In this document: positions 1 through 14,839 of the stretch, piece by piece
How the letters are laid out: each line of letters begins with the position of its first letter
How positions within the stretch are numbered: the first letter of the stretch is position 1
DNA from: Octopus vulgaris
Taxonomy: Eukaryota
Assembly (NCBI GenBank): GCA_951406725.2
Contig: OX597818.1
Span: 90,582,001 to 90,646,000, forward strand
Length of the DNA: 64,000 bases
Direction of reading: 5' to 3'
Translations under genes and position numbers: made by a program
The notes under the pieces: model-generated
The model's input: the letters and a program-made list of their open reading frames with translations, nothing else
Database searches by the model: none
What the model was told of the DNA's origin: nothing

Positions 1-596
1 TAACGCAGTCTAACGAAGCAAACATCGCTCAATCAATTAATTTTCTTAAAGACTTTACCTATCATTCAGTGTGTTATAGCTATCAAATGCCGCTCAGATC
101 TTCGTTTGCAAGATTTGAGATTATTATATCTGCGAGGCAACTATCTGTGGGAAACGGAAAATCATTTCATTTTCTCCGAGTAATTTAAACCTGTTAAATA
201 TAAAGCCTTTGCCAATGACAACTGTCAAAGTGCCTGAGTGGAATCTTTTATCTTTCATTTGTTTTAACCACTGGACTGCGGTCCGGCTGGAGCATCGCCT
301 TGAAAGGTTTACTCAAACATATCTACATTAGTATATGTTTTCTTTATTAAACTTGCTTCTTATTCTATCATCACATTTTGACAAACTGTCAAGAGATGAG
401 GAAGCGGGACAAACACAAGCGCACGCACGCACGCATACACACACAGCAATTTATATATCCAACTTAACGTGAATGTATTCACTGACTACTGTGAGATTTA
501 CCGCGAGAGATACTCTCATATACACCCAAAGTGCATAAAAACACACAATATTCATATCGTTGGTAGACGATATATATATATATATATATATATATA

Positions 597-967
597 GGCG
601 TAGGAGTGGCTGTGTGGTAAGTAACTTGCTTACCAACCACATGGTTCCGGGTTCAGTCCCACTGCGTGACACCTTGCACAAGTGTCCTATGCTATAGTCT
701 CGGGCCGACCAAAGCCTTGTGAGTGGATTTGGTTGACGGAAACTGAAAGAAGCCCATCGTATATATGTATATATATATATGTATGTGTGTATATATGTTT
801 GTGTGTTTGTGTTTGACCCCCAACATCGCTCGACAACCGTAACTTAGCGGTTCGGCAAAAAAGACCAATAGAATAAGTACTACGCTTATCCTGGGGTCGA
901 TGTTCTCGACTAAAGGTGGTGATCCAGCATGGAGACAGTCTAATGACTGAAACAAGTAAAAGAGTAT
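597..967 (+). mobile_element. tRNA-headed SINE family A (representative). Other copies at about 2130-2560, 8630-9046, 14125-14542, 26055-26452, 31425-31830, 35555-35860, 45295-45710, 49855-50355 (all -), plus fragments
   Basis: A box tggctgtgtggtaag, B box gggttcagtccc, internal TA/TG microsatellite, 3' tail ggtg..ccagcatgg..cagtc..atgactgaaacaagtaaaagag; multiple diverged copies in the window. Confidence 0.9.
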
Positions 968-2561
968 TATATATATATATATATATATACAATTGCAGCG
1001 TGCGAACGGCTTTTGTGTGTTTCTTAAATGGCTTATATTATAAACACCTTCCACGCTGCAATTGTTTTCGTTTCAGCACACGATCTCAGATCAAATTACT
1101 TGCTATGCGAGTACATTTCCGTAATATATATATGCATGTATGTAAACGACGGGCTTCTACACGTCAACTTCTTACAAGATGTTCTATGATAGAAAACACA
1201 ACTACATGTTGTTGCACAGTAACACATTGGATAATGTATACTCGCGCACACAATACTCCAAAAAATAATGGATGGGGTGTTCACACCTAGAATTCTTTTG
1301 AATGTCTGTTCAGTCTGTTGATACTTGAGACTAGACAACAAGAACAATTTGATGAAAGAATTTATCCAAAATAGAACTTAACGTAGTTAAATTAAACACG
1401 AGAATTACCTAAAAAAATGTTCAATCAAATGAATTTAGAAACAGCCTTTAAGACTCTAAGACACTTGATATCTGGGTGTTATCAATTACTTTCCTAATTT
1501 ATTGCATAAAGCTGTTGCAATAAAGCAATTTACAGATCAAAAAAATACTATGGCCGACGTAGTTTTGTAAAATTTTCAGATATAATGTTATTTCTAAGAA
1601 GAAGTATTTCACAGTTTCTCTTAGTTATATGATGTGCAACATAAATAAAGCTGTCGCTAACCGTCAGGGAGAAAATGAAACAAAAATCAGGAAAAATAAA
1701 AGCAGTTTGGTGACAAAACATTTGAAACATTAAATCATAAACTTCTCAAAACTTAAATGAAAACCGCAGCTGAAAAAAAAAAAAAAACTAAGACGGAAAC
1801 TAATGTATTATAGTAAGAAATTTCTGAAAAGATGTTTGACAAAGAACTTAAATCAAGACAAGCTACATAAACAGCACAATGACTATAAATCAAAAGGATA
1901 AGCTGAATGGTGTTATTTGATGGAGAAAAGAAATAATTATTTAAAAAAAACTAAACTGGCTGGTTGGGAGTAAGTTATACAACGGTAAATATGTTAAAGA
2001 GAAAGATCACTACAGGGAAGAGTTGTAAAGGAAGACTTGACTTGAAAATATCTCCACTTCATATATTGTATACTTATACAGGAACACACATATGTCTACA
2101 CGTGTGTATATATATATATATATTCTTTCTTTTTTCTTTTCTTTCTTTTATTTGTTTCAGTCATTTGACTGTGGCCATGCTGGAGCAACGCCTTTTAGTC
2201 GAGCAAATCGACCCCAGGACTTAGTCTTTGTAAGCCTACTACTTATTCTATCGGTCTCTTTTGCCGAACTGCAAAGTTGCGGGGACGTAAGAGCACCAGC
2301 ATCGGTTGTCAAACGATGTTGGGGGGACAAACACAGACGCACAAACATATACGCACACATACACACTCACACACACACACACACACACATATACATATAT
2401 ATATACGACGGGCTTCTTTCAGTTTCCGTCTACCAAATCCACTCACAAGGCTTTGGTCGGCCCTAGGCTATAGTAGAAGACACTTGCCCAGAGTGCCAAG
2501 CAGTGGGACTGAACCCAGAACCATGTGGTTCATAAGCAAGCTACTTACCACACAGCCACTC

Positions 2562-2617
<56 letters not shown>

Positions 2618-2715
2618 AAATGGAAAGATGAATTATCTTGTTACGGATTACTCAAAAGTTTAACCGATACCTGCGCCTTTGTTTTGTTTTGTTCTGACAA
2701 CGTAATTCCTGGTTT

Positions 2716-2795
2716 TTCCTGAAGAGAAAGCTGCAATATGGTATCCTTATTTAATCAGAATTTGGAAAATTGTGGCCTTTGAAACATGTGTAGAA
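2716..2795 (+). ncRNA. Hammerhead-like motif in a 240-bp island between (TA)n tracts
   Basis: ttc CTGAAGA g-aaagctgcaat..attgtggccttt GAAA catgtg TA gaa; stem I only 3 bp. Confidence 0.55.
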
Positions 2796-2848
2796 TGTAA
2801 TAAAAGGAATTCTGTACAATCTTCGTTCAACTCCATTTCTTCCATTCA

Positions 2849-2931
<83 letters not shown>

Positions 2932-2948
2932 GTATGTATGTATATGAC

Positions 2949-3111
2949 CAACAATATTTTATAAACAAACTCTTGAAGCACCGAATGTGTTTCGTATTTA
3001 TATACAATCTTTCTGCTGTTTACACAGCTATACAGAGTTCGAAATATTAGTTTCTTGTTTGTAAAACACGAAACACATTGGACGCTTCCAAAGTTTGTTT
3101 ACAAAATGTTG
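2949..3111. mobile_element. Palindromic MITE-like element
   Basis: Imperfect inverted arms of about 55 bp (atattttataaacaaact..aatgtgtttcgt / acgaaacacatt..agtttgtttacaaaatgt). Confidence 0.55.
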
Positions 3112-3749
3112 CACTCCAAAAGCTAATAATAAAAATAATAAATGCGCCCTTTTTTTTAAAGCCTAGCCAGGTTCATGGGCCCGGTTTCCCGCTTTCTATG
3201 GCGTATGTGTTCCGCAGCTGGACGGGACGCTAGCCCATCGCAGCGTTACTCATTTTTGCCTGCTGAGTGGACTGGAGCAAAGTGAAATGATGAACACAAC
3301 GCGTCGCTCGGTCCTGGAATCGAAACCACAATCTTAAGATCATGATGCTGACATCCTAACCACTAAACCACGCGCCTCCACAAAAAAGATATAATATTTA
3401 GCGTTTAATTTGAGAGATATTGTTGTCTGCGGGCCGTTTAGCTTAGTGGAGAGTTCCGTAGTTTTCTGCTGGCAACATTCCCCCTCTTATAAGGGTAAAA
3501 TACCCAATGTTTATGCTGTTTTCACTGCTATACTGGGTCCAAAATTGTTTCTTTCTTGTACTCGGGTAAACGAAAATACAGGAGGATCAGTTAATTATGA
3601 ATTTATTCAACATATTTCCCTCTCATATTCACATACATTTTGCAGCGGTCCTTCAATTCTTCTAAGCCTTTAAAAGAACTCGGAAGGTTGAGCCGTCATC
3701 CAAACCTTTCACGACATCCTTAATGTCAGGAACATTTAACCACACCATC

Positions 3750-3802
<53 letters not shown>

Positions 3803-3805
<3 letters not shown>

Positions 3806-4733
3806 GATCATCCCATAAGTAATTCAGTTCTTTTTATACTTCTTTTATTTTTCAAAATTAAGATAAACAAAGTTCATTTTTTAATCTAAAAATTATGCGC
3901 TCCTTAATTTTCTACGACGCACCTCCATCTATCTGATGGACTTGCCAGGCCCCTCTTCCAAAAGTCACTTGACCGTGACGAAAATTACTCCTCCTGTGCT
4001 GTCGTGACCTCGTCTACAGAATTCATATTTTTTCTGTCCAAAGGATTTTGGAAGATTGCGGAATAAATGATGATCAGAGGGGGCAATATACGACGAATGT
4101 GATGGCTGGGGCATTGTTTCCCATTCAAACTTCTCCAGCCTTTGGAACGTCATCCTCGTTGTATGTGGCCGAGTATTATCCTGATGGAAGAACACCTTTC
4201 GTGTTGAAACCAAAGATGACTGTTTTTCTTCTAACACTGACTTGAATGACTGGTTGAATGACCAAATCCAAGCTTATTTGCTAGCTCCTCAACGGTTACA
4301 TTGAGATTTTGTTCCACTGAGGTTTTCAGGACGTCCTCGTCGAGCTCTACAGATCTTTTCAGGACAAGGCTAGTCTTCTAGGCTGTAGTTTCCGGCTCGG
4401 AATTTCTGGAACCACTCTTGACACTGGCTTACGCTTATTGTCCAATCCCCGTATACTGTATTAATGAAGCTCGCACTTACCGTTGCCTTGTTGCGTTTAT
4501 TGAACTCATAAAGCAAAATATGCCGAATATGCTCCTTTGTCCCTTTCATTATAGCTTCGAAAAAATAACTGTCAGAACGGAACGGCACTCTTCAAAATTT
4601 ACACTAAGAATAAGTGCAAGATAAAATTACTAGCTGCTTTTATAGCTAGTTGATGCAGATAGTTTATCCCGTCTCACTCCGACTTTTGGTTCAAGCAACT
4701 GAAAAAACCGCATTATTTATGGGATGTGACAAT
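3803..4733 (-). mobile_element. Internally deleted mariner (DD34D-type) relic
   Basis: ORF pieces KEHIRHILLYEF..WFQKFRAGNYSLED and FHQDNTRPH..IAPSDHHLF; imperfect TIR catcccataagtaat / attatttatgggatg. Confidence 0.85.
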
Positions 4734-5028
4734 GTATATGTATATATATATATATAAGGTTCACTTTCCCCCTTCATCCTTTCCTAGTCGATAAAATAAG
4801 TACAGGTTTTAACATTTCGATCGATGTAATTGATTTAACCACTTCCCTAATATTGCTGGGCTTCTGCCAAAATTTGAAACCATTATTCTTATTAAGGCGG
4901 CGAACTAGCAAAATCGTTAGTACTTCAGATATACTACCAGGCGCTTTACGTTCTGAATTCAAATATCACCGAGGTCAACATTGCTTTTCAACCTTTCGGA
5001 GACTATTGCAGCAGTTGAGCACTGGAGT

Positions 5029-5299
5029 ACTTGTACTTGTGGCGACATTCACCCTGGGCGGGTTGAGTCGGCTTCTTCTATCACCCTCGAGGCATCTCGA
5101 ACCATGGCAGCCCACGCACGACGGTCCTGCGTCAGTTCACTGGAGATAGCGAGCCAGTCACGGTTCCATCGGCGCAGGCCGACCACCTGCTGTCCCGTGA
5201 GCACGGAGAGGTCCTACTTGATCGTCGTAACCCAGGTCTTCAGCTGCCCGCCCGCGCGTTTCTGCCAGTTGGGAGAAGGACATCACGATTCACTTCATC
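5029..5299 (-). mobile_element. 3' fragment of an RTE-type LINE inserted into a SINE, with 9-bp TSD
   Basis: GC-rich. Minus strand reads WQKRAGGQLKTW...DRRAWAAMVRDA; tail (CAAGTA)2; TSD cactggagt at 5020-5028 and 5300-5308. Confidence 0.8.
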
Positions 5300-6255
5300 C
5301 ACTGGAGTCGCTGTAAGAGACTTACCCCTCCCCTAAAATTTCTGGCCTCATGCCAAAATTTGAAACCGTTATTTTAAGTCTATTTTAAGAAAATTTAACT
5401 GAGTATTTACCGTTGGTGTGATTGTTCCACATTGAAAATGTTCAACTTCACGAAGTAAAAGAAAATATTTATACTTCACTTAACGATGTGAGTTATTTAC
5501 AGATTTACTGACTAAGTCAAAAGTATTTCTTGTTTTATTGTTCACAATCAGACTGTCTAATTATATAAGGTAATTAATCTGCGAAGCCAACAAATATACT
5601 GATATGTAAAAGAAAATTTTAGAAATTATAATTGGTAAAATAATTAGTTTATAGAAGTTGTTGTGAGATGTTGAGATATGTGTGAGAAGAAGAAATATTA
5701 CCATTCTTTCTCCAAACATGTCTGAGTCTGGAAGATAGAGATATTGATAATTTTAAAATCAACCGGTCAGTCGTTGTAATTATATTTTCATACGTTCGCG
5801 TAAATATGAGGATTATGCAGTTGCTGAGTTATTGAAATCAGACTAGAAATCGGTTTCCTCTTGCTCACATCACAGAAAATTTATCTGATGGAAGCAAAGG
5901 AATTAGATTTCCATCTTGCAAGCTCTGTAAACATATGTGTTTAGTAGAAGTGACTGTGTTTTATGCATGTATGTGGATCCTTAATACGAATAATTTGGCT
6001 CTGCCTATGTATTGTACGCAAGAATATATATATATAGTTAATCCAAACATGAAAGCACAAAAAAACACAACAACGCGAGGACGTGGAACAAATATAGTAT
6101 TATTGGACGCTCAGGAAAGAAGGAAAGACGGAGGGTTTAACGTTTTGAGCGGAGCTCTTCGTTGGAAACATAGGAGAAGGAAAGATCCAGAGAAGGGAAG
6201 ACAGAGGAAAAAAAATCGCCAACGGTACATACGCGGTCACACACACATATATATA

Positions 6256-6291
<36 letters not shown>

Positions 6292-6344
6292 TGTATGTAT
6301 GTATGTATGTATGTATGTATGTATGTATGTATGTATGTATGAAT

Positions 6345-6870
<526 letters not shown>

Positions 6871-7745
6871 CTGCATGTATGAACTGCGTGGCCTAGTGGT
6901 TAGGTTGTCGCACTTTCGATCACGGGATCATGGTTTCGATTCTCGGCCGGATGGTGCGTTGTGTTCTTGAACAAAATGCTTCATTACTCATTGCTTTGCG
7001 ACCATTCCGACTACTGGCCTAAAGCACTCCGTGCACCTGTACAAACAATGTCAGTTTGATGGAGAGAGTGAGCTAATGTACAGCATAAACATAATCATTA
7101 CATAAAAAAATGGTCTGTGCAGCTTGTTCAGATAGAATTGCAATAGTTGTTGTTGACAAACAACGGCAGTAATTTTATTCAGCTGAATACACGTCATTGA
7201 TAGGTTGAAATTACCGAAATACGACTACTTTAACGTGAAATAACTTCCTAAGTATGTTTTTCTCAAAAACGCTAAGGTAAAAGATGTTTTATATGATACA
7301 TTCTACCAGTGTTCGAAGTTTGAAAGTGTTTATTTACAAAAATTATCTTTTAAATCTGTCGGTCAAAAGGTAAAGATCCACACTTTATGTTAAAATCCTG
7401 CCGAGGTCACCTTTGCCATCTAAATTTAAGTGCCAGTTATATAGTGGATTTAATAATATCGACTTGCCTCCTTCCCTCAAAACTGCTGGCCTTGTGCTTA
7501 AATTTGCGAACATTATTAGTCACGAGCTGGTTGACTCTATACTAAGTCGGACAAAATGCCGCTAAGCACTTTATCTATATGTTCTGAGTTCAGTTTTCAC
7601 CGAGGTCAACTTTGCTTTTTATCATTTCGGGGTCGATGAAATAAATATCAATCAAACACTGAGGTGAGTGTAAACGACTACTCCCAACTCCAAAATTTCA
7701 AGCCTTTTGCTTATAGCAGAGGCTAGTGTATTGATTATGTTACTA

Positions 7746-7960
7746 CAGTAATCGCTCGCCATATGGCGGTTCACCTATTGCAGTTTATTATTTAAGCTTA
7801 CGTCGATTCCCCCGTGGTGTTGTTTTGCATTTATAATAAAATAAATCAATACAAATCATAAAAATAATAAAAATGAAATATACAGTACTGTTACTACGCG
7901 GATTTTCACCTATTGCGGGGAGTTTTGGAACGTACCACCTACGATAATCAAGGGATTACT
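7746..7960. mobile_element. pogo/Tigger-like MITE
   Basis: Ends cagtaatcgctcg / caagggattact; internal repeat ttcacctattgc. Confidence 0.55.
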
Positions 7961-8333
7961 CAATCGAAAAAAACCCATAAAAAACCAAAAAAAAAAACCA
8001 GAACGTTTGTTCTTACAAGCGAAAGAAAGAAAACTCAGTACATAAATACGACAATATATATTTTTCTTTAGCTGCAAATGTTATAGGGTTACTCGAAATG
8101 TTAGAATTTCTTATGAAAGCATTTATCGAATTGAAAGTAACCAAAAAATAAACCCAGAACGTATGAACTAGCAAAAATATCGAATATTTCCAATCACACC
8201 AGTATACTTTAAGGTTCTAGTGTATAAATTTGTAAAGCTCACTGAAGAAATAGAATTTCATTGATTGGCAGAATATACGTCTAGAAAAGTAACATACCTA
8301 CTTAACTAAGTACTCACCTTCTCACTTTCTTCC

Positions 8334-8371
<38 letters not shown>

Positions 8372-8552
8372 GAGAGTCAACACTATTGTAAAGGTTGCAA
8401 GACGCAACGAAAATTTTAAAAAATAAGTGGAAATTTTACCGTGTGTTAAATTATAAGGCACAAAAAGAAAATGACTCTCCCCAGACACAACAGAATATGT
8501 TTCGACACACGAACTCACAGAAAGAATCTTGCGAACCAAATACAAAACCGAA

Positions 8553-8633
<81 letters not shown>

Positions 8634-9043
8634 CTTTTACTCGTTCCAGTCACTAGACTGCGTGCGGCCATGGTGGGGCCATTTTGGGCCATGCTGGGCC
8701 ATGAAATTTTAGTCGAACGAATCGACCCCAGTACTTAATTTTTAAGCCTGGTACTTATTCTGTCGGTTGCTTTTGTAAACCTCTAAGTTACAGAGACACA
8801 AACACACCAACACCGGTTGTGAAGCAGTGATGAGGACAAAGACAGACATAATGACCAACATACATAGACGTATATATGCTTATATATATACCACGGGCTT
8901 CTTTCTGTTTCCCTCTAGCAAATCCACTCAAGGTTTTAGACGGCCCGAGGCTACAGCGGGAGACACTTGCTCAAGATGCCACGCAGTGGGAATGAACCCG
9001 GAACAATGTGGTTGGGAAGCAAGCTTCTTACCACACAGCCACG

Positions 9044-9111
<68 letters not shown>

Positions 9112-9506
9112 CTTTATCAATAATTTATAATTATAATAGGGCACAAGCGGCGCCAGCATTGTTGTGAAAATCAGTCGAAAAGTCGGATCTTTGTGGTTTT
9201 CACCAGTTTATATGTTCCAATTGTTTTCAAATTTGGCATATGGATTAAGTTTTGTATACTAAGTATGAAAATTAAATTCAGTGGCAAATAATTCTGTTTC
9301 CATAGTAACCAAAGATACTGTGCATGCGCAGAAGGAGGAGAAGGAGATACGAGAAAGGAAGGGGTGATAGATGAATAAGGAAGGAAGAGGTGATGGCAAA
9401 CTGGTAGTGGAAGCGTTACAACTCTGTGTGAGTATATGTGTGTCTGTATGAAAGGGAAGTATGTGAATCTTTGTGTGTTTGTGTGTGTATGTGTGTGTGT
9501 GTGTGC

Positions 9507-9544
<38 letters not shown>

Positions 9545-10395
9545 GTGCTCAATGGATGTGGGATGGTGAACATTCAACGCTGAAAAGAGAAATCAAACAG
9601 CGTTTCAACTTTGTGCGAATATATGTGTGTGTGTGTGTGCGCGCGTGATTGCACGGGACAAGCTAGTTTATTTTATAAAATCCTAGGGTGTATTGCAAAC
9701 GTTCGTTCTTGAATTTTTCTAATAAATGTCAGTTTTAAACAATGCTTTGACTGTTATTTCTAGCAACTCCTATTGGCTTGTTTGTTCGTAGCTTTCAAAT
9801 ATTTAATTTGCTCGCAAATGTTTTAAGGTTAACTTCATTTTGTATATTTTAATGTTTTGACTGTTATTTCTAGCAATGTTTTGACAAGCCGATACCTCGA
9901 TCCGTCCCCCGATTATGGAAAAGGCAGCGAACACTGATTGGCTGAAAATTCTGAAAATTAGCCAACTTTGAACACCTGTAACAATTTTGCAAAATTTTTC
10001 TGGTACGAACGAATAACAAATTCGGATTCAGCGTAAAAAAAATTACATCTGATTGATTCTAGTTTCAGCTTATGAGCTGTGGCCATGCTGGGGCACCGCC
10101 ATTTCTATATGATATTTTAGAAAAATTTTTTCAAAGATTATTGTAAACAGAAACGAGAACCACAAAGATCCGAAAAATCCTCTAAGAAAACCACAAGACT
10201 TTTCGATTCTGATTTTCACAATACTGGCACTGCATGTACCCTATTATAATTATAAATTAATTATAAAGTTTTGGATTTACCATTTATCGGCTTTTGCTTG
10301 TTGGCCACCCATATTGTTGTTACTATTCAGTTTACTAACGATAACAATTGATAATATCTACATAAATATTTTCGAATACTTATTCATTTAATCTA

Positions 10396-10446
<51 letters not shown>

Positions 10447-10649
10447 TTAAGCCTATATATGCACATATATGCACAGACACGTATATTCCATATATATATA
10501 TATATGTGTGTGTATGTGTGTGTGTGTGTGTAAATGTGCGTATACGCAACCGAATATGTGTATGCATGCATATAAGGATGCAAACGCATGCAAGCATGTA
10601 TTCACATACATACGCACATATATACGCATACATGCACGTTATCTATCTT

Positions 10650-10732
<83 letters not shown>

Positions 10733-10786
10733 GACTGTCTGTCTGTCTGTCTGTCCATGTATCTGTCTGTCCATGTATCTAGTTAG

Positions 10787-10828
<42 letters not shown>

Positions 10829-12289
10829 TTATGTATAAATATATATTGTTACATATGCTAAATCTGATCACTTGCTGCGAAAATATACCCTTCAGACACA
10901 TACATATATCATGCATATACACTCACATATCCGATAAATACGTAATAGACACACACACACACACGCACACACACACACACACACACATACATACACACAC
11001 ACATACATACATACATACATACATACATACATACATACATACATACATACATACATACATACATACATACATACATACATACATACATACAATTATGCAC
11101 AATCGCATACTTATTCATTTTCCAGGTACACATTCACTTACGATATCCACATGTAAATTCATTTTGATATACACATACGTACTCACACATATTCACATGC
11201 TCCCCCTGTGTGTATATGAGAAAACCTATTAGCGTCGCTAAATTATTGATACAAAGAAATGATGTATCCATTTAATAATGTTTTTTAATCAAAAGCCATG
11301 CATAAGAGATATGAAAAATGAACATAAAAACGCACTGAATGAATAATACTGACAAGAAAAGTTTATAAGACTTATTGAGGTGAAGGAGCAGTTAATGGAA
11401 AGGAATGGCAGGAAGGTAATGGATTGATACTGTGTTGATAGAAATGAACAGGTATTGCTGTGGGGGTAAGAAGCTCGTTTTACAACCACGAGGTTTTGAG
11501 TTCAGTACCACAGCGCAGCAACTTGAGTGTCTTCTACTATAGCCCCGGATGACCAATGCTTTGTGAGTGAATTAGATAGACAGAAACATTTCGGCTGCCG
11601 CTACGTTCTGAGTTCAAATTCCGCCGAGGTCGACTTTGCCTTTCATCCTTTCGGGGTCGATCAAATAAGTACCAGTCACGCACTGGGGTCGATATAAGCG
11701 ACTTAATACGTTTGTCTGTCCTTGTTTGTCCTCTCTGTGTTTAACCCCTTGTGGGTAGTAAAGAAATGTGTATTTCGTCTGCCGCTACGTTCTGAGTTCA
11801 AATTCCGCCGAGGTCGACTTTGCCTTTCATCCTTTCGGGTCGATAAATTAAGTACCAGTTACGCACTGGGGTTGATGTAATCGACTTAATCCGTTTGTCT
11901 GTCCTTGCTTGTCCCCTCTATGTTAGCCCCTTGTGGGCAATAAAGAAATAAGAAACACTGTCATGTGTGTGTGTGTCTTTGTGTTTGTCACCCTATCATC
12001 ATCACCACTTAATATGCGTTAGATAAGACATTGGGATCAGTCGAAGAGAAAATAAAATTAAAGATTAGCGATTGCTTTTCGTAAGCATCGTCGATTTTTA
12101 CAATCCTGTAAGGAATAATAATACTTTATAAGCTTAAAGCTTATAAGCGATCTCCGTGATAATAGTTTAATAATGGAGCATATAAGCCCTCGACGGAAAG
12201 AAGTAGGTTTTCTCGTACGCGTGTATATATATATATACACACACACGCGCGCACACACACAAACACAAACTTTCATAACACATGAAAAG

Positions 12290-12334
12290 TGTCGCTGAAG
12301 AGGTCACAGATGTATGACGAAAGATTTTCGGACA
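12290..12334 (+). ncRNA. Hammerhead-like motif
   Basis: tgtcg CTGAAGA g-gtca-cagatgta-tgac GAAA gattt TC ggaca; one mismatch closing stem I. Confidence 0.45.
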
Positions 12335-12515
12335 ATGGACATGAGTTAAAATAATAAAATAAGAACAGTAACGAACGAGTGAAGGAAAAAATGTATAGTG
12401 CGTGCGTTTATTTGGCAAAAAGAAAAAAAGAGACCCTCCTGAAATACAACAATATCTATTTCAACACACGATTTCACATTAGGAATATTGCAAAATGAAA
12501 TGATAAATGTATGTG

Positions 12516-12578
<63 letters not shown>

Positions 12579-13184
12579 GTATATATATATACATATATAC
12601 ATATAATTTACAGAAAACAAAATTCGAAGACAGGTGAAGTACCAACAATCAGGTGTTTTAGTTTAATAAATTTGTTTATATATGTATATCTAATTCTCTC
12701 TCTCTCTCTCTTTATAGATATATAGATATATATATATATATGTGTGTGTATGTATGTGTCCCCGCGTATGTGTATGTGCGATTGTCTGCATGTGTGTGTA
12801 GATGATTTATGTGTTTATGTGAGTCCGTGTGTAATTTAGACTAACAAATAATACTGAATAACTACAAATGAACGTTACCTCCACCACGAACAAGAACAAC
12901 AACAACAACAAATACGACAACAACAACAAATACGACAACAACAACAAGAACAATAACAGTCTCATCTCCAGAAGTTGCAGAAAGAAACACACTAACACAA
13001 GCACCCTGCTTCACAATCGTCCAATACTTCACTTAAATATATGTACTACTACTACTACTACTACTACCATTGCTACGACCAACACATTCCAGCACTCACT
13101 GCTACCCTCACACATCAGCTATATATTGTTGTACCGTCACAATACCAACACCACCATTAATCACCACTATCGACATCCCTCACT

Positions 13185-13216
<32 letters not shown>

Positions 13217-14322
13217 CATCGCCTACACACTACATACCACAGCTCATCAACAGTAGTAGATTAACTTGAAAGTACAGTGTAATTTAAAAGTCTTCAACAT
13301 TTGAATTCTTCTGTAAGTTGTTCGGTCGAATGGTATTAGCAAAAGACAGCAATTAGAGGCCGCTTATAACCTCATCCGTTTGATCAATTCTTCGGAGTTG
13401 TCCTGTTGAATGACTCGAAAAGTGGACAGTACTGATAAACCACTTGTAACCTCAGACTTTCGGTCAGTTCTTTGTAGTTGTTCGAATGACGCAGTAAGTA
13501 GACAATACTTTGAGGCCGCTTCTAACATCATACGTTTGGTAATTTCTTTGGAGATATTCTTCTAAATGATAGTAGAAAGAGGTAGTACTAAGAGGCCACT
13601 TACCCAATCTTTCGGCCGTTGTTGCTGTTTTATAACCACAGATCAATTCTGAGCGAGCTGACCAACTATAAAGTTAATTGTAGCTGACTGAACTATATTC
13701 TTACTACATTATCTAACGAAGTGTTTCTCAAATATTTTAAACTATCATCCCTTTCTTGTATTAATACTTTTTCAATAGCCACCCCTCGTTAAGATTCAAC
13801 ACTCCAACAAAAATTGCTGCCGACAGTTTGATCGTCATTAAAAGGTTACTGGAACATACATAAGGCATTTCATCAATATGTGAAATGTCAATACTACATT
13901 TCGACCTCCAAATGTCAATAGAATATTTCGACCTCCAATGTTACCAGATAATTTGGACACAGAATAAGAATTGAAAATAATTTCGTAAATTAGAGCAATT
14001 AAGAGGAGCATCAAATTCCCCCAGTATCCATATAAATTTTCCCACAGCTCCCCAGGTAGTAGTGTCACCCACATTGCGACGCATTTACCTAATGTGTCTT
14101 TCCTGTGGTTTTAGACGGTATTTTTTCTCTTTTACTTGTTTTAGTCATTTGACTCCGGTCATGCTGGAGCACCGCCTTTAGTCGAGCAAATCGACCCCAG
14201 GACTTATTCTTTGTAAGCCTAGTACTTGTTCTATCGGTCTCTTTTGCCGAACCGCTAAGTTACGGAGACGTAAAACATCGGTTGTCAAGTGATGTTGTGG
14301 TGGGGGACAAACAGCCATACAA

Positions 14323-14363
<41 letters not shown>

Positions 14364-14839
14364 CATATACATATATACGACGGGCTTCTTTTCAGTTTCC
14401 GTCGAACAAATCCACTCACAAAGCTTTGGTCGACCCTAGGCTATAGTAGAACACACTTGCCCAAAGTACCACGCAGTGGGACTCAACCCGGAACCATGTG
14501 GTTGGTAAGCAATCTACTTACCACACATCTACTCCTGCGCCTATACAAGGTATGATGAATTTTGAATGATTTAGTTGCTAGTGTTTGTAGGTACAACGAC
14601 AACGCAGCGGCTCCCTGATCAAATCATTTTGGTGTTGTAGTGGAGAAGATTTTGTGAGGGCATCGCAGCGATTTCCCTACTCAGTTTTAGGGAAGACTGT
14701 TTTAAAGTTTTCAAGCGATGCTGTGTGCGCCAAGGCATACGCACACATACACTCACTGCGAGTGTGTATGCATGCGAGAGTGAGTGTGCATGTGTATAAG
14801 CGTGTTGGTGTCCCCATTTGAGTCACTCTACTATCACCC

